Source: Bdellovibrionota bacterium
GTDB lineage: Bacteria > Bdellovibrionota_C > UBA2361 > OMII01
DNA: 41,972 nt
Direction of reading: 5' to 3'
Assembly: GCA_040402735.1 (NCBI GenBank)
Contig: JBBALZ010000004.1
Span: 1-41,972 of the forward strand
The position numbers and the translations under genes were made by a program. A model generated the notes under the pieces. That model saw only the letters and a program-made list of their open reading frames with translations, did not search any database and had not been told where the DNA came from. This document shows positions 9,583-18,382 of this stretch, one piece after another. Position 1 is the stretch's first letter. Every line of letters begins with the position of its first letter.

Positions 9583-10176
9583 TTACTTAGCCACAAACCG
9601 CGGCTCCCGCCCTTCGATCAGGCGGATAATGTTCTCGTAGTGGCGATAGACGATTACTAGCGACACAACAACCAGAGCTAGACTGACTGGATCGGGTTGC
9701 GCAGTTACAAGACTGTAAAGTGGCGCCGCAAGTGTCGCCACAATACTGGCAAGCGATACAAGGCGTGTCGCAGCAAATAGTCCCGCAAAGATGATTATAC
9801 TTACCAATGCTGCCCCGGGAACAAGCGCAATAAGCACCCCTAGCCCAGTTGCAACACCCTTGCCACCCTTCAGAACTGGCGGCAGAGAGAAACAGTGACC
9901 ACACACCACCGCTATCGCAGCAGCAGCCGGATACCAGGTTGCAGGGGTGAATGCAGCTGCCAGGTATACTCCGAGCATACCTTTGGCGAGGTCAATAACG
10001 AGTGTAAGAATCCCCGCTCGCTTGCCCAGAGTTCGAGCAACATTGGTAGCACCTACATTGCCACTTCCTTGGCGAGTAATATCGACACCGTGAAGGCGCG
10101 CAAGCATGTACCCCGACGGAAAACTCCCTAGCAGGTAAAACGGTATCAACGCTATAAGGGTCGCCAAACCTAACAT
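9583..10176 (-). CDS. plsY: Glycerol-3-phosphate acyltransferase PlsY
   Basis: YLLGSFPSG, DITRQGSGNVGATNVAR, DLAKG, GH..., KGGKGVAT, RHYENIIRL. Confidence 0.96.
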   Translation of the reverse strand: MLGLATLIALIPFYLLGSFPSGYMLARLHGVDITRQGSGNVGATNVARTLGKRAGILTLVIDLAKGMLGVYLAAAFTPATWYPAAAAIAVVCGHCFSLPPVLKGGKGVATGLGVLIALVPGAALVSIIIFAGLFAATRLVSLASIVATLAAPLYSLVTAQPDPVSLALVVVSLVIVYRHYENIIRLIEGREPRFVAK

Positions 10177-10196
10177 GTAGCCCTTTTTACTCCGCG

Positions 10197-10880
10197 CTAT
10201 CCACGCACTAAACTAATCGCTTGGGCTCGGTCAGCAGCTCCAAAGATATACGAACCGGCAACAAGCACATCCACTCCAGCACTACGACACTGCGCCGCTG
10301 TATCATGGTTTATACCACCATCAACCTCTATAAGCGGTTTCTTTGCTCCCATGTGCTCGTTTATGCGCGACCTAAGCTGTCTAATCTTGCCCAACGAACT
10401 TGGGATAAACGCCTGCCCACCCCAGCCTGGATTGACCGTCATAATCAGCACAAGATCGCAAACATCCAACACATCGAATACAGCTTCCACTGGCGTTCCT
10501 GGATTTAGCGCCACTCCGTTCTGAATACCGAGTGCGCGGATCTCAGAGAGCGATCGATGCAAGTGTGGGCACGTCTCCTGGTGGACTATCAGGCGATCCG
10601 CCCCGGCTTTTTTAAGCGCTTCAAAATGACGCTCTGGCTCTACCACCATCAAGTGCACATCGAGAAATATCTTACTGCGAGCTCTAATCACCTTGACCAT
10701 ATTGTCGCCGAAGGTAATCGGCGGAACAAATGAGCCGTCCATAACATCCACATGCAGCCAATCCGCCCCTGCTGCCGTAATCGAATCGATCTCAGCACCT
10801 AATCGATCTAATTGCGCAGATAAAACTGAGGGCGCAACAATGGTTCTAGCGCTTTGAGTTGAGGGAGTTGTTGTATTCAT
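10197..10880 (-). CDS. rpe: Ribulose-phosphate 3-epimerase
   Basis: APSVLS, HVDVMDG.FVP, DVHLMV, MTVNPGWGGQ, IEVDGGI, VAGS. Confidence 0.97.
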   Translation of the reverse strand: MNTTTPSTQSARTIVAPSVLSAQLDRLGAEIDSITAAGADWLHVDVMDGSFVPPITFGDNMVKVIRARSKIFLDVHLMVVEPERHFEALKKAGADRLIVHQETCPHLHRSLSEIRALGIQNGVALNPGTPVEAVFDVLDVCDLVLIMTVNPGWGGQAFIPSSLGKIRQLRSRINEHMGAKKPLIEVDGGINHDTAAQCRSAGVDVLVAGSYIFGAADRAQAISLVRG

Positions 10881-10994
10881 CGAGTCATGATCCTAAAGAG
10901 AGCAGTCGCGGGTTTGGAAATAGCACATCTGCCCAAAATCACTTCGTCTTTTTCAGATGATTGTACGCGCTATCGCAAAAGATTCAAGACGATA

Positions 10995-12152
10995 TCAGGG
11001 CAAGACTGGTGTAGTTCTTAGAGCCTCAAATGGATCGCGATACGTTCCATCTGCAAGACCACTCTTAATCTCGACTATTCTAGCCAAAAACTTTGGCCAA
11101 TCCTGATTACACCGCAGATACAACTGCTCAAAAAGGCGTAAATCGGTCATATAGATCGTCGATTGAAGAAGATCGGCGTTGTTGAGCTCTCGAAAAGCGC
11201 TGACCTTAGGGTAACGCAGCCGAAATGCTGCCATGACGCCGTTAAACACCCCCTGTCGATCACGTATCTTTTGCTCAGAACTGATATCCCTTCTCTGGTA
11301 AAGCGCATTAAGCTGCTTAAAAGCTTCACTTACACTCTCTGCTAACTCCATAGAGAAGCGATAGTCATCCTCAGCTTGGCTTACTGCTTTGGTAGCATCA
11401 GCAAGGTTTATATCGGCACTATCTAACGCAGCCAACCTCTTCTTGAAGAAGCTCACAGCAGCGCGTGTACCGACAAAGTTAGCGAGGCTCTCATTAAAAT
11501 TTACATGATCGGGGATCCATACGGTCGAGTGCACACTTTCGTGAATGACGGTATTTACGATCCTAATCGGCGCATTCTTCAATGTTGTCGACATCACTGG
11601 ATCGTTAAACCAACCCAGCGTACTAAAAGCCTCCGTGCCGCGAACGCTCGTCTCATACCCCTTATCCTCCAGCCTCTTGGCCTGTTGGCGGGCTCCCTGA
11701 GGATCGAAGAATCCCTTGTAGGGCACCGTTCCAACTATAGGAAACCACCAGGTATGCAAGGTAAAAGAGTCCTTGCGCGAACCCATAACAATCCACGCCA
11801 GAGTATCCTTGCCGACATCTGCATACTGGGTGAACGAGTCGCCGGGATTGAGCCCTATTTCTGATGCAAACGAGCGTGCCTCAAGCACGAGCGTCAACTT
11901 CTGGCTCTCTTCCTTAGTCGTTTCCGGATCTTTAATCACCTCCTCAATAGGCCTGCGTGCGAGCAATATCCGGCTCTGCTCGTAGGCCGCCCGCATTACA
12001 TAGCCGGGTGAGCACGCTGAGGAGGAAAATAGCGCAAAGACGAATAATATAACCCCAATCCTGGTTGCCATAAGCTGCCGCATGCGGGAACCCAGAAATC
12101 TAAATACAAAACGTGGCATCAACATACCCACAAAAATGCCCCGTTCAACCAA
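10995..12152 (-). CDS. Putative zinc aminopeptidase lipoprotein (Aminopep family)
   Basis: Signal with lipobox-like SSAC, WWFPIVGTVPYKGFF, AFSTLGWFNDP, HESVH zinc motif followed by FNESLA. The true start may be the ATG at 12083 or 12071. Confidence 0.85.
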   Translation of the reverse strand: MVERGIFVGMLMPRFVFRFLGSRMRQLMATRIGVILFVFALFSSSACSPGYVMRAAYEQSRILLARRPIEEVIKDPETTKEESQKLTLVLEARSFASEIGLNPGDSFTQYADVGKDTLAWIVMGSRKDSFTLHTWWFPIVGTVPYKGFFDPQGARQQAKRLEDKGYETSVRGTEAFSTLGWFNDPVMSTTLKNAPIRIVNTVIHESVHSTVWIPDHVNFNESLANFVGTRAAVSFFKKRLAALDSADINLADATKAVSQAEDDYRFSMELAESVSEAFKQLNALYQRRDISSEQKIRDRQGVFNGVMAAFRLRYPKVSAFRELNNADLLQSTIYMTDLRLFEQLYLRCNQDWPKFLARIVEIKSGLADGTYRDPFEALRTTPVLP

Positions 12153-12615
12153 GTGCCGCGATAACTAACGCAGTTAATACTCCAGCCACCAGATCATCGG
12201 CCATAATCCCCCAACAACCAGGTAGTGATTCAGCCCAACCAACAGGCCCTACCTTTGTCGCATCAAATATACGGAACAATACAAAGGCACAGATCACCAG
12301 CGGCCACTCAGTTGGCTTAATACCCACCAGAGCTACAAACAATCCAGCCCACTCATCGATAACGATCCAACTCGGATCAAGGTCACCGGAAGAGGAATCA
12401 AGACTAAACGCCACCGAAATAGCGCCCAGAACTACTGTGAACACTAGTATAGCTAAGACACCGATATCCGCGAATAGCTGGCTCTGCAGCAGCAACCACC
12501 AGACTCCTAAAGCTGCAAAGCTGCCGCACGTTCCTGGGGCGATCCGCGCGTATCCACTCCCAAAGCCACTAGCTACAACAACTGAACAAAAACGCAACGA
12601 TCGCACCAAACTCAT
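12145..12615 (-). CDS. pgpA: Phosphatidylglycerophosphatase A
   Basis: GFGSG..IAPGTCGS, DPSWIVIDEWAG, FRIFDATK, GIMADDLVAG. Confidence 0.94.
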   Translation of the reverse strand: MSLVRSLRFCSVVVASGFGSGYARIAPGTCGSFAALGVWWLLLQSQLFADIGVLAILVFTVVLGAISVAFSLDSSSGDLDPSWIVIDEWAGLFVALVGIKPTEWPLVICAFVLFRIFDATKVGPVGWAESLPGCWGIMADDLVAGVLTALVIAALG

Positions 12616-12784
12616 CAGACTTATTCCGAAATCAGCCCGTGTGTTGTTATCAGGATACTTTGGGCCCCAAGCTATTTTCCTACTTCTTGATCAAGTGTAT
12701 TCTGCAGTTGGTGATTCTGGCTATACCGTCTAACCAGGACGGAAACATTAAGGAGTTACACTTCGCTAAAGACTTAGACTTTTT

Positions 12785-12985
12785 GTAACTACTCAGCAAA
12801 TGCTGCTGCAATAACGTTAGCCCCTATTAAGGGGCGGCTTTGCGGAGCAAAGCGGGATAGCGACATTAACTACTCACAAAAAACGGCACCACCGACTTTG
12901 GGAGTGGCAAGAAAAAGATCTGCCAAAATCAGCTTATTTAGCGACGAAATTGCAGCGACGATCTTAAAATCCGGTGAGTAGTTAC
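12785..12985. mobile_element. MITE-like element bounded by GTAACTACTCA/TGAGTAGTTAC inverted repeats (family C)
   Basis: Perfect 11-bp terminal inverted repeat, an extra internal end TAACTACTCAC at 12867-12877, internal hairpins GCCCCT/AGGGGC and GCTTTGC/GCAAAGC. Non-coding. Confidence 0.65.
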
Positions 12986-13014
12986 GACTTTTTTTTATTT
13001 TCAACACTTGTTTG

Positions 13015-13044
13015 TTGACGATGGGATCAAGCCTTTGCTATAAG
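13015..13044 (+). promoter_or_regulatory. sigma70-type promoter of minCDE
   Basis: TTGACG-N18-TATAAG with an extended -10 TG, and a T-rich UP-like tract upstream. Confidence 0.6.
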
Positions 13045-13104
13045 TCGCTTAAAGTAAATCGAAGAGGAAACCCGGGACGCTATACCTTCACAACAATTAT
13101 CTGA

Positions 13105-13136
13105 GTTCTCGAGCTTCTGTGTTCTAGAGCTTCTGT
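13105..13136 (+). repeat. 16-bp tandem direct repeat in the minC leader
   Basis: GTTCTCGAGCTTCTGT followed by GTTCTAGAGCTTCTGT (15/16 identical). Confidence 0.7.
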
Positions 13137-13149
13137 AGTCGATTCAAAT

Positions 13150-14124
13150 ATGAGCAACTCTTTCAACGAAGAAAACGGTGGGCAAGGGACTGACAGTACC
13201 CCGACCATTTTCCCTGATACCGCTACTGTTCAACCAGGTGAAGGTGCAACTGCATCCCGCAAGATTGAAGATCGCAACAACGTAATCACCGCCCGAGGCA
13301 CCTCCGATGGGCTTGTTCTGCGGATCGATGGCCGGGTTGAAGCAGCCGATCTACTAGTCGCCGTGCGTGAGTTTCTCGACTCGAGACGCTCGTTTCTATC
13401 GGGAAATGATGTCGCCTTTGAATGGATCGGCAAACGCCCAGACGAGACCGTTGTTCAAACGGTTACATCGATCTTACACGATGAATTCTCTGTGTCGGTG
13501 AGAGCTTCTAAGCAAAAACCAGCAACCGGCACAAAGGAAGTTAGTACCCAGAAGATAGTATCACCAGAGGTCACTTCAACCGGAGACGAGCGTCCTAGTA
13601 AAGAGGGATTCTTCTCGGTATTAGGCGGGGGTAAAAATTTTACCTCAGGGAGATCTGAATCAAAGCCCGACAAAGGTGTTAGCCTTTTCGATGGAATCGA
13701 ATCATACGACTCTCGGGGTGGAGCGGCTAACCCGATGTCCTGGGACGAGCCAGATGCTCGTATCGTCTATGGCACTCTGCGCTCAGGGCAAAAAATTGAA
13801 ACTGAGCACTCAATCGTTGTTTTTGGCGATGTAAACTCTGGTGCTGAGGTTATCGCAGGTGGTGACGTGGTAATCCTGGGAACGCTACGGGGCATCGCGC
13901 ACGCCGGAGCTTACGACGAGAGTGGCGGAGGGCGTGTAATTTTTAGCTTGAACCTGCGCCCAACTCAGCTACGGATAGGTCTTGTTATCTCGCGTGGATC
14001 TGGGGCTGAGGATGCTGAGAGCACCCCACGAGGCGGTCTTCCAGAGGTTGCTCGTGTTGACGGCAATATGATCGTTGTTGAGCCTTACCAATCTCGAACA
14101 GTTTGGGTACGTAGAAGGGAGTAA
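13150..14124 (+). CDS. minC: Septum site-determining protein MinC
   Basis: TLRSGQKI...GDVNSGAEVIAGGDVVILGTLRGIAHAG...QLRIG...PEVA; lies upstream of minD. Confidence 0.95.
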   Translation: MSNSFNEENGGQGTDSTPTIFPDTATVQPGEGATASRKIEDRNNVITARGTSDGLVLRIDGRVEAADLLVAVREFLDSRRSFLSGNDVAFEWIGKRPDETVVQTVTSILHDEFSVSVRASKQKPATGTKEVSTQKIVSPEVTSTGDERPSKEGFFSVLGGGKNFTSGRSESKPDKGVSLFDGIESYDSRGGAANPMSWDEPDARIVYGTLRSGQKIETEHSIVVFGDVNSGAEVIAGGDVVILGTLRGIAHAGAYDESGGGRVIFSLNLRPTQLRIGLVISRGSGAEDAESTPRGGLPEVARVDGNMIVVEPYQSRTVWVRRRE

Positions 14125-14127
14125 TCG

Positions 14128-14958
14128 ATGAATAGCAAAAGTATCGGCGCAGGTGGAAAAAAGGATCTTGGCGAGGCGATCGTCATTACATCCGGAAAAG
14201 GAGGTGTGGGCAAAACCACCACAACGGCTAGCTTAGGAGCCGCACTAGCCCTTCGCGGTCAGCGTGTGCTGGTAATTGACGCAGATATCGGATTGCGTAA
14301 CCTCGATGTTATTCTGGGACTTGAGAATCGCATCGTTTTTAACATCGTTGATGTGGCAAAAAAGATCTGCAAGCCCTCGCAAGCTATCATAAAGTCAAAG
14401 AAATCAAGTAATTTATATCTATTACCGGCATCTCAGACCGATGACAAGGACGTGATTGATGAGGCTGAGGTGAGATTTGTAATTGAACAGTTCAAGCGCG
14501 AGTTCCACTACATATTGATCGACTCTCCAGCGGGTATAGAGCAGGGATTCCGTAACGCTTGCGCTGGAGCAGATTCAGCGATTGTGGTTACAACCCCTGA
14601 GGTTTCAGCGATCCGCGACGCGGACCGCGTTGTTGGGCTCCTTTCTTCAAAGGGTATCGAGGCTCGCCTTATTATCAACCGGATCGACTTTGAGATGGTT
14701 CGTCGCGGAGATATGCTCTCAGTAAAGGATGTGCAGGATATTCTCGGTATCGAGATACTGGGGGTTATTGAACGCGATGAACAGATTATTGTGGCAGCTA
14801 ACTGCGGTGAGCCGGTCACATATAATCCGAAATCAAAGGCCGGCCAAGCTTTCAATCGGATCGCTGGAAGGGTGTGCGGTGAGCAGATTCCTATACCCAG
14901 CTACGCTGGAGGTTCAATATGGAATCGACTGTCGCGACGACTTGGAGTCGGGCAGTAA
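14128..14958 (+). CDS. minD: Septum site-determining ATPase MinD
   Basis: TSGKGGVGKTT, DADIGLRNLD, DSPAGIEQGF, PEVSAIRDADR and a C-terminal amphipathic helix. Confidence 0.98.
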   Translation: MNSKSIGAGGKKDLGEAIVITSGKGGVGKTTTTASLGAALALRGQRVLVIDADIGLRNLDVILGLENRIVFNIVDVAKKICKPSQAIIKSKKSSNLYLLPASQTDDKDVIDEAEVRFVIEQFKREFHYILIDSPAGIEQGFRNACAGADSAIVVTTPEVSAIRDADRVVGLLSSKGIEARLIINRIDFEMVRRGDMLSVKDVQDILGIEILGVIERDEQIIVAANCGEPVTYNPKSKAGQAFNRIAGRVCGEQIPIPSYAGGSIWNRLSRRLGVGQ

Positions 14959-15039
14959 TTCTTTTTGTATGTACGGATGGACGTATTCTAGGTAAAGTCA
15001 ATCGGTAGTAGGTAAAAAATCGAGACGGGAGTTAAAATA

Positions 15040-15360
15040 GTGTTACGCTTGCTCAAAAAAATGCTCTTTGGAGATAACAACGAAAGCAAAGATGTTGCCA
15101 AGAGCAGACTACATTTCGTGCTCGTTCAAGATAGAACGGGATTAACTAACGATGAGATGGCTGGTTTCCGCGAGGAGATGGTCAAAGTTATTGAGAAATA
15201 CTTTGTCATCGACAAGGAAGGCTTCGATATAAAGTACCACCGCTTGGCCGATACGACGACGTTGCTAATTAACTCGCCTGTCATCGTCAGACGAGCAGGT
15301 TCAATACACAGACAACCAGCAAACTCTGCTGTTGAGGAATCTGTGGCGTCGAATGTCTAG
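15040..15360 (+). CDS. minE: Cell division topological specificity factor MinE
   Basis: SKDVAKSRLHFVLVQDR, EEMVKVIEKY; follows minD. Confidence 0.93.
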   Translation: MLRLLKKMLFGDNNESKDVAKSRLHFVLVQDRTGLTNDEMAGFREEMVKVIEKYFVIDKEGFDIKYHRLADTTTLLINSPVIVRRAGSIHRQPANSAVEESVASNV

Positions 15361-15375
15361 CTGGGCCAGCGAGGA

Positions 15376-15399
15376 AGGGCTGCGAAGCTCTACGCAGGG
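15376..15399 (+). repeat. Collapsed or empty form of the family A element
   Basis: AGGGC-TGCGAAGCTCT-ACGCAGGG: the left end fused to the right end, plus the same ACGCAGGG flank seen at 24025 and 24186. Confidence 0.6.
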
Positions 15400-15516
15400 C
15401 ACGTAATTTTTGACCCTAAATATTGCGGTTTATAGCTTTTGCGCTTCTCCTAAGGCAGGCCTAGGGGTACAATCCTTCTCGTCTGGTTCACACATACTAA
15501 AACGGCGTGCCTGTCT

Positions 15517-16827
15517 ATGTTAAAGCAATTCAACCGATTTCTCCTGCTTGCCATTATCGTCGCTGCGGCTCTTTACATAACGCTCACTAATTCAGATCCG
15601 GCGACCCTACGGCTCGGACCAACCTTGACCCTAAAAACGTATGCTGGGGTGATCTACATAGGCGTATTCGCCGCAGGCTGCATAGCTGCGTCAATCGTTG
15701 CGCTCTTTTTTGGCCTAAAGGGCTACCTAAGGGAACGGAAGCTCTTATCTTTTGAACGCGGGCGTCAGAGCTTCTTTAAGATCCAGGAGAATGCCCGTGG
15801 ATTAATGGCGGCAAACGACTGGCCAGCCGCACGCAGGCTTTGGGAGGATGTAATAATTCGAGACCCAGAGAACATATCAGCGCGAGTTGAACTCTCGCGC
15901 TGCGTGGAAGAGTTGGGAGATATAACAGAGGCGCTACGCGTTTTAGACACCACTAGAGCTAAAAATCATTCAAATATTGAGGTGCTATTTCGCGCTGCAC
16001 ACCTAAATCAGCGACTAGGCAACAACACCGCGGCGCTCGACAACCTGGCGATGATCCTACTTAACGGCTCATCGCGTCGAGCAATAGAGCTGGCTAGAGA
16101 TCTCTCGGAGGATCTTGGAAAATTTGACGAGGCGCTCAAGTTTCAGCTTGAGCTAGAGCGTAAGGGGTTTGAAACTGAGCCTACTGCAACGATCAAGGCG
16201 CGCCTTGAGCACAAACAGATTATCTCTAGTGCCGCTAGTGATGACAGCAAGCAAAACGACCTCGCCGCCCTAGCCAAGCGCCATCCGGAATACGCTCCGG
16301 CCTTAGAGAGCCTAGCCGATCTCGCCTTTTCAAAGGGGAATACTGAACTATGTGCAGAATACTTGGTCAAGGCAGCTAGAGCTGCTCGAAGTGATATCGC
16401 TAAGTGGCGTCGTATAGTGGATCTTTGGTTAAAGGCTAATCAGCTCGATCAGAGACAACGTAGTGACAAAGCTATAGCCGCTGCTCGCAGCGCCACCAAG
16501 GAGACCTCTGGAGAAGCAAGACTTGAAGCCGAGCTGCTGCTGATTGAAACGTTGCTAGCAACAAATCACTTTCAGGACGCGGAACGTGCGATTGAGGCTT
16601 TTGCAACATTGATCCACAAGGAGATCGGAGCTCAAACCGATGAATTAGCGCAGAGATTGACTATTCAGCGTGGATACTGCCTTGCGCAAACAGGAAAGCT
16701 AAATACTACTGGCACCCTATGGCAGCAACTCGCCGTTAGTGGCGAGGCAGCACGAGCTATTCAAAACAATAGCCGTGCGGCGGTTACGGGCCGCGCCGAG
16801 CCTTCACCAGTCCTATCAACCCCGTAA
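15517..16827 (+). CDS. Membrane-anchored TPR protein, LapA-like N-terminus fused to LapB/HemY-like TPRs
   Basis: Two TM helices separated by an N...LRLGP hairpin, then helical TPR-like repeats (DPENISARVELS, HPEYAPALESLA). Confidence 0.65.
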   Translation: MLKQFNRFLLLAIIVAAALYITLTNSDPATLRLGPTLTLKTYAGVIYIGVFAAGCIAASIVALFFGLKGYLRERKLLSFERGRQSFFKIQENARGLMAANDWPAARRLWEDVIIRDPENISARVELSRCVEELGDITEALRVLDTTRAKNHSNIEVLFRAAHLNQRLGNNTAALDNLAMILLNGSSRRAIELARDLSEDLGKFDEALKFQLELERKGFETEPTATIKARLEHKQIISSAASDDSKQNDLAALAKRHPEYAPALESLADLAFSKGNTELCAEYLVKAARAARSDIAKWRRIVDLWLKANQLDQRQRSDKAIAAARSATKETSGEARLEAELLLIETLLATNHFQDAERAIEAFATLIHKEIGAQTDELAQRLTIQRGYCLAQTGKLNTTGTLWQQLAVSGEAARAIQNNSRAAVTGRAEPSPVLSTP

Positions 16828-16852
16828 TTCAACTATTTTTTGGGAGTAATCT

Positions 16853-18382
16853 GTGACTCGCCCAACTCTGCTCTGTATTCTAGATGGTTTTGGACTAAAC
16901 CCAAATCCAATCGGCAATGCTGTTGCTTTAGCTAAAAAGCCAGTAATCGATCGACTCTTAAGGGACTATCCCAACGCCACCCTAACTACTTTTGGCGAAC
17001 GTGTTGGCCTTCCAGCAGGGCAGATGGGTAACTCTGAGGTCGGACATTTAAATATAGGGGCTGGGCGAGAGGTAGAGCAGTGGCTATTAAGAATATCACG
17101 CGCTCTTGCCGGCTCGTTTATGCGTGAGTCACAGACTTACAAGAGTTTTCTTGCAGCTAGCAAAGGACGACGGACTGTGCACGTTGTGGGGCTGTTAAGC
17201 ACTGGTGGTGTCCACTCTCATCAGGATCATCTAAAGCTTCTTCTTTCATTACTAACAAACGATCTTCCCGAAGCACAGATAGCTCTGCACCTGCTTAGCG
17301 ACGGTCGAGATGTCGCTCCTAGCGCGTTCCTTCCTGATCTAAAAGAGCTACAAAAGCTAATTCAGACCATTCCTAATTGTTCAATACGTTCAATATGCGG
17401 TCGATTCTATGCGATGGATCGCGATAAGCGCTGGGAGCGAGTTCAAGCAGCATACCAAGCGATTGCTGCCGGGATTGGCACTTCGATCACCTGTCCAGCT
17501 TCATACATACAGGAGTCCTACGCTAAGGGTGTCACAGATGAATTCCTTGAGCCGGCGGTTTTAGGCTCTTATCCGGCTTCTGCCGACGACGCTTATGTTT
17601 TCTTTAACTTTCGTGAAGATCGTATGCGCGAGATCGTATCTGCGCTCTGCTCTCCAGCATTTGCTGAGTTTGATCGTACTATTCCGCTTCCTGCACGCGA
17701 GCGCGTACTGTGTTTTACCCAGTACGATCACGCGCTACAGCTACCGTTTCTCTTTGAACAGGTTGAGATTAAAAATCACCTCGGCGAGGTAATCGCTCAT
17801 AGCGGTATTAAACAGCTTCGAATCGCAGAGACAGAAAAGTACCCACACGTCACGTATTTCCTAAACGGCGGTATTGAACAGGCGTACACTGGTGAGGATC
17901 GCCAGCTTGTTCCCTCTCCGCGTGATGTTAAAACCTACGATCTCAAGCCTGAGATGAGCGCTCACGGTGTCACTGAACTCGTTGTACAGGGGCTACGTTC
18001 CGGCAAATACGGACTTATTGTCGTCAATTTTGCCAACTGCGATATGGTCGGTCACACAGGCGTAGTAGCCGCCGGGATAAAGGCTGTAGAGACAGTGGAT
18101 CGATCTCTGGGAGAGATCCTGAATGCTCTGCAAGATGTGCACGGACAAGCGCTGATTATTGCCGATCATGGCAACGCTGAACAGATGATTAACTACACAG
18201 ATGGGACTCCGCACACCGCGCATACGACATATCCGGTTCCGGTAATTTTAGTAGATTTCTCGAAGCAAGTTACGCTACGGCCTGATGGTGCTCTGTGCGA
18301 TGTAGCACCGACCGTTCTTGAAATGCTGCAGATAGCTAAACCTGCTGAGATGACGGGCGAGTCACTCATTCAGCGGCGTTAA
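16853..18382 (+). CDS. gpmI: 2,3-bisphosphoglycerate-independent phosphoglycerate mutase
   Basis: ILDGFG, GQMGNSEVGHLNIGAGR, GGVHSH, DGRDV, GRFYAMDRDKRW, AETEKYPHVT, DMVGHTG, ADHGNAE. Confidence 0.98.
   Translation: MTRPTLLCILDGFGLNPNPIGNAVALAKKPVIDRLLRDYPNATLTTFGERVGLPAGQMGNSEVGHLNIGAGREVEQWLLRISRALAGSFMRESQTYKSFLAASKGRRTVHVVGLLSTGGVHSHQDHLKLLLSLLTNDLPEAQIALHLLSDGRDVAPSAFLPDLKELQKLIQTIPNCSIRSICGRFYAMDRDKRWERVQAAYQAIAAGIGTSITCPASYIQESYAKGVTDEFLEPAVLGSYPASADDAYVFFNFREDRMREIVSALCSPAFAEFDRTIPLPARERVLCFTQYDHALQLPFLFEQVEIKNHLGEVIAHSGIKQLRIAETEKYPHVTYFLNGGIEQAYTGEDRQLVPSPRDVKTYDLKPEMSAHGVTELVVQGLRSGKYGLIVVNFANCDMVGHTGVVAAGIKAVETVDRSLGEILNALQDVHGQALIIADHGNAEQMINYTDGTPHTAHTTYPVPVILVDFSKQVTLRPDGALCDVAPTVLEMLQIAKPAEMTGESLIQRR

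Noticed and set aside
12113-12733. 206-aa plus-strand ORF and the many other antisense or nested ORFs
   Set aside because: They are shadows of well-supported genes (here pgpA) with no recognisable motifs.
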